The notes below the pieces were generated by a model, which made no database searches, had not been told where the DNA came from, and saw nothing but the letters and a program-made list of their open reading frames with translations. A DNA stretch of 64,000 nucleotides from Dimorphilus gyrociliatus. Taxonomy: Eukaryota; Animalia; Annelida. The translations under genes and the position numbers were made by a program. Numbering within the stretch: the first letter of the stretch is position 1; every line of letters starts with the position of its first letter. This document shows, one piece after another, positions 55,801 to 64,000 of the stretch. Location of the stretch: positions 1,408,156 to 1,472,155 of the forward strand of contig CAJFCJ010000013.1 of the NCBI GenBank assembly GCA_904063045.1, given 5' to 3'.

Positions 55801-58790
55801 AAGTAGCAAGTGAAAAATAATTGCTAATCAACTATTGACAAACAATTCGACAAACCTTTGCTGTATCTTCATCCAATTCTCCAGTCACTTTAATACGAGC
55901 GAATTTTTGCAGTTCCGTAATAGCTTCGTAATAGGTTCTTTTCGGTACGCTTTGACCCAGTTCGGCGTTACTTTGTGATAGATAGCCATAACGCATCAAA
56001 TACCTTTCCTATTTTGAAAATGGCAAATAAAGTAACAAGCAGTAAACTTTATAGAGTCAGGGTAGGCGGTATTGTTGGCAAATGGGCGAATCAGCGTTGG
56101 GCATATTATAAATTATAAATACGTGACTAGTTCGAGGTTGTGTATCAATGGCTACATTATTCCTATGCACGTCTGTTTATAAACGCTAGGGGCAATTAGT
56201 TAGGTTAATAAAGCTCTTTGCTGCCATCTGTTATGTATGAAATTTAAAACCAGCCTGCCCCTCACCCCTTTGCATCTTGTATTTGCGTTTTCTTTTTTAA
56301 ATTTTTCCTCTTATCCTCTTCTTCACTTCTCTTCCTTTATCCCTAATCATTTTCCATATGTCTATTCTCCTATATGCTCTCTTCTCATTGATTATTCTTT
56401 TTAATACAATATTCAAATAAGCGCCATCTTCAGTTTCATTCGTAACCAAGAACAATTTCCTTCTTTAGAAAAGGAAAAACTATTAAAGAAGAGCGCCCAA
56501 TTTATTATGTTTGTCAGAGATTTCAACTAGTTAAAAGACGTGCGAATTACGCCACAGCATGGTTTATTTTCAATTTATTTAACAGTTTATAAAAGAAAAA
56601 GCAATACATTTAAAAGATGAATAATGTTCATTTTATAAATTCTAATAATGACTTATTTTCTCACTGTTTGTCACTAGTAAAAAATATATATGTATATGTT
56701 TATTTATAGAAAGAGGAAGAGCACTCTGTATGTATTAACCGAGTAATTAGTTAAACTAATATTTAAGAAAGAAACGCTTTTTTTCCCATCAATTCTATTT
56801 CTATAGTTTATTTAGATAAGATTCGTTTAATTAAGCATTATTAAATACAACTAATGAAGGTTTGAAATTAAATTTTAACCTTGCTTCGATATGGTTATTA
56901 GATTAATAACTGTTAATAATATACATTGTCAGGTCCAAGGTTCATCTTGATGACAATACCAAAATTATTGCTTGACTGAGGAAATTATATTATTTTCAGA
57001 TGCAATTAAATGAAGGGAATCTCTAGCTCTCCCTATCTCTCACTCTCTACTTGTCCTAGTATCTTTTTCTTTGTAGTCCAGTTTATAAATGTATTTTCAA
57101 ATAAACAAAAAAGCTGTCTGCTTTATTTCTTTCTCTTGTTATTTTTTCCCTGATTTCTTCATTTCTTTCTTTTTTCCTCTCTCTCTCTCTCTCTGTTTTA
57201 ATCTCTCTATCAAAATTTATCTAAAGACAAACTATATACGGACGTGATATACTTTATTCAGTAGAACAACAATACGTTGTTGCGCATATAAAATTAAGTA
57301 GATAGGCTTATTTTTAGACTGGATGCACAGTTCATGGATCAAAACTTTTCTCTGTTATCTTTAAGTTTTTAGCCTTAATGATTGGAATAATTAATTACTG
57401 TCGATGAGAATAATAGTATAAGGCCCAATAAACTAATAAATTGTTATTTTTCCCTATAAATAAATGACATAAATAAAATGGAAAAATCCATTTTTAATTT
57501 TCTCTCTACCGTTTTTTCTAAGTTTACGTTGAATAAAATTAGATTACAAACTCTTGGTTTAGTTGTTTTTTTTTTAAAAACTTACTTTAACTTAATTATA
57601 AACTTCTAGAGAAAAAGAAACATAGACAGAGAGAGAGAGAGAGGAGAGGCAGGGAGGGAGGCAGGGAGGGAGAGGAAAAGAAATAAAATGCATATCTTTA
57701 ATCGAATAACTTGTCTAGAATTACAAACTAAAAGGGAAATTTATCTTGTTAAATGATTAAAATTACACACCAATCTTTATATATATGTACTTATGTATAT
57801 AAAGAAAATCTCGTGTATTTTTTATGCTGATAAGTATATTGTAAAAAAATATAATTAAGATTTTTATTTCTTTCGATTATCATTTGCTCTTGCAAGATTT
57901 AGAGAAGATATTCTAGACTGGTTTCTTAATCGTTTCTCTCTTTTGTTTATTATTGTCTTCTCTGCTTTGCTCTCTCTCTATCTATCGCTCGCTTGCTCTT
58001 GTACCAATCTATTTGCATTTTCCCTCCCCCGCCATTCTGTTTATCTGTCTATATTTTCCTTTTCTCTCTCTCTCTCTCTCTCTTTATCTCTCCTTCTCTT
58101 ATTTTCTTTCTTTATGAACAAAGTGTATATTTATAATATTTATAACACTTTTTAAAAAGATAATGGAAGCTTTAAAGTATGAATTTACCATTATTAAATA
58201 AAGGAATAACAATAGTTTTATACAACTACTTACGCAAAGTAGACGTTTGTTGGCTAGTTTGCTATGATGTTTATCTATTATTAAATATATATATATATAA
58301 ATATATATATATATACAATATATAAATTCGCAAAAATTGTTACAAACTCAATTTGTTTGGTAGCAAGAGATTAATTTACTGTGTTTTTATGTGAATATAA
58401 AAAAAAACGACTTGTATCGTTTCATTACAAGATAGAAAGACGGGAAAAGAGGATAAGGGTGAGGAGGTGTTGAGAATGATGGGGAGCACTAGTAGAATGT
58501 TAGTCTTGTAGAAATTCATTGTAAACAAAGACTTTAGCGTTAAGACAAATTCGTAAAAAGTTATTTACGCATACTGTTCTTTTTTCACGCTCTCTCTCTC
58601 TTTTTTTTTTCCCGCTATCCTTTTTTTTCTTGGTATGCATTTCCTTTCTAATAATACAATCATCTGTGCACCATTTGCACAATTAGCAAGAAATAAGTTA
58701 CTTACAGCTTGCTCGTTAAAAAAGTCAATGAGCTTTTGATTATTACAATTAGAAATAAAAGATAAACTTAAAATTACAAACAGATCGTAT
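52899..58790 (-). CDS. Matrix metalloproteinase with hemopexin domain and hydrophobic C-terminus (membrane/GPI-type); start codon unresolved
   Basis: Pro-domain NEQA|ERYLMRYGYL, cysteine switch PRCGRKD, furin site RTRHRR, HEIGHTLGLGH plus Met-turn, hemopexin repeats (IYFFKGHKFW, AYFFTGNTYWRF). An upstream exon ends at 58706 and splices to 56008. Confidence 0.9.
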
Positions 58791-59521
58791 GATTAATAAG
58801 AGACAGGCGGACGGATACAGTGAGAAAGAGAGAGAAATTGATAAAGACAAATTTTTTAACTCACTGACTAACAAACTCGTCGACTCCCCGTGAAACTATA
58901 CTGTATTGAAAGGTTATTAGACGCCATATGCTTTTGAGACCAACGCTCTCCATAAAAACACGTATAAATATTCAATTGACGTCTCTGACTTAACTCAATC
59001 TTTTATATTTTATCAATCACCAATACATCTTGGAGATTAATGGTGAAAACTGTACTAAAATGACTACTAGATGACTCGTGGCAACTACGAGCGACTAGAT
59101 TATTACCAGTAAAATCATCTGTCACAGAGATGTTCAGTATATATGCTCCTATCGATATACATTCACATATATATATATATACTGTGTGTGTGTTGCATAT
59201 ATCCTGACAAACATCTGACTTCAAATACAAACATTAACTACATACCGTTAAATCAAATTTTCTTAATCTTCTTATTCTTCGCGATGGTCTACTAGCGACA
59301 ACTATTATAGCCGAAAGCATGTACAACCTGGCAATTATAGTACAACACTTATACGGGCTTCGACACATCCTGCGAGTGGTTGAGAATGTAACATTTTGGC
59401 GAGCGGGGCGCTACGAAACGAAAAAATATTTACACTCCAGATGGCGCTTTTCGAATACGTAATTTAGTTAGATAAGAGATAAGGTAATAGAAGAAAGCTT
59501 TTAAAGTGCTTCTGTCGAGAG

Positions 59522-61634
59522 ATGTGCATTGAAATTTTACTTCAAATTAAAGAGTTTTTGGAAAGGAAGGAAAATATGCCGGAAAAAGGTATCATAAAAT
59601 CCAAGAGCGATAACGACTTGTGTTACGTATATTACGGCAAGATGTCCTTAGATAAATCTAGGAAGGTAATCGACGGAGATCTAACAATGAGCTTAACGGA
59701 GAGAAGGGGAGGAAACAATGAAGCAACTAATGGAGATCGAAGTGGCGGGTGTGGAAGCGGTGGCGGCGGCCCTGGAATCGGTATCCTAAACGAAGGTGAA
59801 GGTAACGAAGAAGAAGCAAATGTTACAAGTGCCGAAGCTACAGTTGAAGAGAGTCAAGAAGAAAATGATGGTTTATCAAAGACTAGGACAAAATGTAGAA
59901 AATATTGCCCAATCGTTGATTTTCTAATACTAATCGGATTTTCTGCGGTAGTTGCCGGCTTGGTAGTGCATTTAAAAGGTTCGTTTTAAAAACCTTATTT
60001 CCTTTATAAATAATATTCGATATCTATTTATAAACGCCCTTATTTATATATAATATATTAACTTACTATATAGGAAACACATTTATACTTTATATACTAT
60101 ATCTTTTTACAACTATAATCGTTTAATAGATAAAATTACTATATCGATTTGTGGAACTTTTTCTTTCCTTCGTAATCGATAAAGTCCAATTTAAAGTTGA
60201 TTATTTTCTTTTATTTTATATTTAAAAAGAGAAAACAAAAGGGAAAATTTTTCGTTTTCGTTTTAAAATTTATGAAGATGGAGAAAGAGTAGAGAAAGAG
60301 AAAAAAAGGCGTTTTAATTGAAAAACGCCTTCATTATTTATAAAAATTATAGTCATCATTAATCTTATTCTCTTATTCTATCCGTTAATCCGAGGCTAGC
60401 TATTCAAAGTCCAAAGAACGAATTCAACTCTATAAAATCGCCTACTTACGTTTACAACATATCTTCCTTGTTCTTTAATGTTACTGCCTCGAAAACTCCT
60501 TGGCGTCGATCGACAAAATGCTTCCATATCCTCCTAGAAAAAGTTTTTGATTTTCAAGTAAGATTTCTCATCTTTTAATTGTTTATCTTTTTGATATTTG
60601 TTTGTTAATTCTTGCTCTTTTTATCTATCTACCCATCTATCTATCAATCAATTATTATCTTATTATTCTTCCTTTAAAAGATAAGAAAAGTATTTAAAAA
60701 TCTAAAGTTGGAAAGTTATTACAATCAAACAATACTCGAATCGATCCATTTTGAGAATAGCTTGGTAAAGGTCGAATCAAGAATCGATTTAACTTCAGTT
60801 ACACAAGTTACCGATGCTGATGTTATATGGGTTAGGAAAGAGATTTGGAAACACCTGCAAAAGCTCGATTTTTTCCGTTTTAGAAGAGGATCGTTTACAG
60901 TAAAAGAAACTATAGGTAAGTGCTTCTCCGAGTTTTTATATGTTTATATGGCAGAATGAAAGAAAAGCATAGTTAAGTCATTAGGAAGTGTTGAAAATAA
61001 AAAAAACAAGAGAAGAGAAATAATAATCTTATGTTCTAAAAGGTCTTTAAGCATTTCTTTTCTCTCTCACTCTCTCTCTCTCTGTCTGTCTGTCTAACAG
61101 TACCTAAATACTCAAATGTTCTTTCCTCCTATCGCCATCTTTCTCCCTCTCTCTCTCTCTCTCTATCTCTCTGTTGTTTGTCTTATTCCTATCTGTTTCT
61201 TATTTTTTTTGACATTTGTGGAATCTCTTATTTGAAATGTAAGGATTTTTTTAAAAGAGAATTGAGACTATTGGCGAAGGAGTCAATTAAATTTTGTGAA
61301 GTGTCACTTTTAAAGTAAAATCTCCAGAGATTCTTTTATTCTTACCTAAGAGACTTAAGAATAAATCGTACCAAACTTCATTTTCTCTCTCTCTCTCTCT
61401 CTTTCTCTCCCTCTATTCCTTCTTTTTATTTGTTTAATAAATTAGAAAAAAAAACCTAGCTGTTTGTTTTTTCTCATTAAAAAAAAGCTATTTGCATAAT
61501 TTATTCTAAATAAATATTCATAATTTTCAGTAAGAATCTATCAACTATCTACTCCGGGGAATGTCAATTCTGCTCCGTCCAGTAAACTTAGCCATGTTCT
61601 ATTCATTTTCGTTGTTCCAATAGTGTTCTTATAA
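59522..61634 (+). CDS. Predicted type II membrane protein: cytoplasmic N-terminus, TM, SEA-like domain, hydrophobic C-terminal tail; exons 59522-59978, 60400-60557, 60681-60915, 61531-61634
   Basis: All three introns are GT-AG and in phase (1, 0, 1). The spliced product links ORF-track pieces 59522-59989 and 60708-60959 and ends with NVNSAPSSKLSHVLFIFVVPIVFL-stop. Confidence 0.65.
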
Positions 61635-62271
61635 TAAAAGCCAAAAGATGGCGCCTAAGCTACAGCACTGAAGACTTCTCTCGCACCAAGCGGCATCACT
61701 AATACTACTTTAAATACTTCTTTATATTTAAGTCACATGACAAAGTCTCTAAACGAAGTTCGAAAGTCCTTTACTCCCCGGAGCAGGTTTCGAAATTTCA
61801 GTTTAGAGCCTTCTAATACCAATTTTCTTTTGAAATGGGAATAGATGTAATAAAAAAAGCTCTTTTCTTTTTCCTACGGATAATTTTCTAGTCCAAATTA
61901 TTCTCTAAATTTGTTCAATATTAACCATTTGTGGATTAAAAATAAGGTTGAAAAAGACTCTCAGAGTAAACACTTTTGCATTAAGAGAAAGAACAGAAAG
62001 ACATAGAGGGATTGGCGCTTGAAAGGGAAGGATAGAGGGAGAGAGGAAGTAAGGGAAGGAAAGAGGAGGAATAGTGAGAGACAAGTGAAAGAGTGAATGA
62101 CAAACAGAGAGAGAGAGAGAGAGAGAGTGAAAAACGGATTTACGAATAGCAGCCTTCCCTCCCTAATAGATGACTATTGCACGTGTTACCATACAATTAT
62201 CCTCTACATCCCATCGTGAACTTTGCGGATAAAGGAATTCTCTAGAGTATCCCGTAGAAGACATGAAAAGA

Positions 62272-63318
62272 CTAACTTGTACTCCTTCGCACTAGCCTAA
62301 CCGACTCTTGATCATTTCCAGTTATTGGTGCTGTTAAAACAGTTCGACTTGCAGCGTAAATTATTGGATTAAAAACAGCATATAGTGAACTAAGAATATC
62401 TATAAGACTGAGGGCTAAGATTGGGTTTGATGTCACTTGTCCACCAAGACAAATATAAAGGAATGTACAAAAAAAAGGCCCATTACAGATAGCGAATAAT
62501 ATAGCCAAAGAGACCATAAATTTAGCTATAACTCTACGAGAATTAGTTGTCCTTCTAACGGCTGAATCGTCGCTATCAGTTTCTATCCTTTTATAAAGAG
62601 TTGCAAAAATGAGAGAATAATTGACAGTAATCAATAGAAGAGGCAGTACATAATAAAGGACAAATATTAAGATAAAATATCCTCTTCCTCCCGAAGTTAT
62701 TAAGTTGCCATTGACGATGTGATTACAGAAATTTAAAACAACTCCATCAATACTCATCTCCTCCGTATATGTAAAATATAAAGGTAGCGGTAAAGGTGCC
62801 AATAGACTAAAGAACCATATTATCAATAAGACTTTTATTGTTTTTCCAGAGCTCAGCCACCTCTTCGCTTTAAAAGGAAACCGTATTAGCAACAATCTTT
62901 CGATACTTATAGCCGTTATTGTATGAAAGGCACAACAAGCAAATATAGTGGAGCAATATCCAGTTATCCTGCAGAAAATGCTCCGATGTTCCTTAGACAG
63001 TCGAAATTCACTTTCAAATGGCAGTATTAGGTCAGTTAATCTAAGCGGCTGGTAGATAGAAGAATTTAAGAATTCGCAGACGGCCAGATTCAGGACGAGA
63101 TAAGCCGTAACGTTCGATCTTAATTTAGTGCCTTTTAATAAAATTATTATAACGAGACAATTACCAAGCGACGCCAATAGTATAATAGCAATTTGAAGAG
63201 CAATGATTGTATAACGTACAACGGATAATCTTATTAAATCCTCAATTTTCGTAATATTCTTCATAATCATCTTATCCGTGCGAAACAGAAATGAAGTTTG
63301 TTCAGAAAACAGCTGCAT
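62272..63318 (-). CDS. Orphan class A (rhodopsin-like) GPCR, intronless
   Basis: Seven hydrophobic segments; GNCLV, NLAVCE, FCRITGY, SIERL (DRY variant), CNGP, NPIIY. Confidence 0.9.
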   Translation of the reverse strand: MQLFSEQTSFLFRTDKMIMKNITKIEDLIRLSVVRYTIIALQIAIILLASLGNCLVIIILLKGTKLRSNVTAYLVLNLAVCEFLNSSIYQPLRLTDLILPFESEFRLSKEHRSIFCRITGYCSTIFACCAFHTITAISIERLLLIRFPFKAKRWLSSGKTIKVLLIIWFFSLLAPLPLPLYFTYTEEMSIDGVVLNFCNHIVNGNLITSGGRGYFILIFVLYYVLPLLLITVNYSLIFATLYKRIETDSDDSAVRRTTNSRRVIAKFMVSLAILFAICNGPFFCTFLYICLGGQVTSNPILALSLIDILSSLYAVFNPIIYAASRTVLTAPITGNDQESVRLVRRSTS

Positions 63319-64000
63319 AGCGCCGACTGCAATGGCTCTTCAAATGTAGTTTGTCAACTTTGGCATTATGCATTTAAATATTTACGAACACTATTCTGAA
63401 TTTCATGAGAATGACTTTAAAAAGTCCAATCTATCAAAAAACCTGCCCCACTTGTACTCTATATTGGTTGTACAATCAACGATTTATGATTTTCTCTTAA
63501 CCAAAAAATAAATTGTACAGAGAGAGAGCGAGAGAGGGCGATAGCAAAGAGAGCGCGGGTGAGAAAGTGATTCGAACATCAGAACCACCTAGATTAGGCC
63601 TAAAGTCAATTTTTGTCGATAAACATTAGCAAAGCGTACCTCTTCATTCTTGGCATATCTCTCTCCCTTGACCTATGAAATTATATTACAATTGACTTTC
63701 ATTATATTTAGGATTAATACTAAGTCTCCTTTTCTATTTCTTTTTTCTGTAGTTAATAATTAATCTTTCGTTATTCAAAATAATTAGGTAATTTTAAGAG
63801 CGCTGTTTCAGTCATACAAAATTCGCCTTTGAGATATATCGAGTCACGCAGTTCGTGATTTATTCTTCTATAAGAACAGAGGGGAATTACTAGGGCAATA
63901 AAACTGGTAGATTTTTCTTTTGATGAAAGATTCGAAATAAGTTAATTTTTCTCCTCTCTTCTCTTTTTCCATTTCTTCCACTTGTACAATTTTCTCATGC

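Overview
This is AT-rich (roughly 70% AT by eye), gene-dense animal DNA with many short introns of about 55-80 nt and abundant (GA)n/(AT)n microsatellites. The pattern fits a compact spiralian genome, possibly a small annelid; this is an inference. About 22 protein-coding genes can be traced by hand: the 3' part of an unknown gene, NECAP, C1GALT1, Orai, an SLC17 transporter, a DRAM/TMEM150-family gene, ARF6, an OATP/SLCO, a triple winged-helix (HP1BP3-like) gene, a RING E3 ligase, a divergent small HSP, an SPDEF-like ETS factor, an IgGFc-binding-domain membrane protein, a calponin/transgelin, GPR19, an SRSF7-like splicing factor, SLC45A3, delta-tubulin, a membrane-anchored MMP, a TM+SEA protein, an orphan GPCR and two orphans. 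I saw no rRNA, tRNA, CRISPR array or intact transposon. The most notable signals are: (1) a 73-nt U12-type (minor spliceosome) intron in ARF6 whose donor reads in frame as a near copy of the next exon, suggesting birth by duplication; (2) a four-exon gene, invisible in the ORF track, predicting an N-terminal TM + SEA + C-terminal GPI-like doubly anchored protein; (3) repeated TATA-CAG/CTG-TATA words matching Tc1/mariner excision footprints; (4) CTCF/YY1-like AGATGGCG motifs concentrated at gene boundaries; (5) a probable three-H15-domain HP1BP3-like gene. All exon structures, family calls and counts were done by eye from memory of the families and need computational confirmation.
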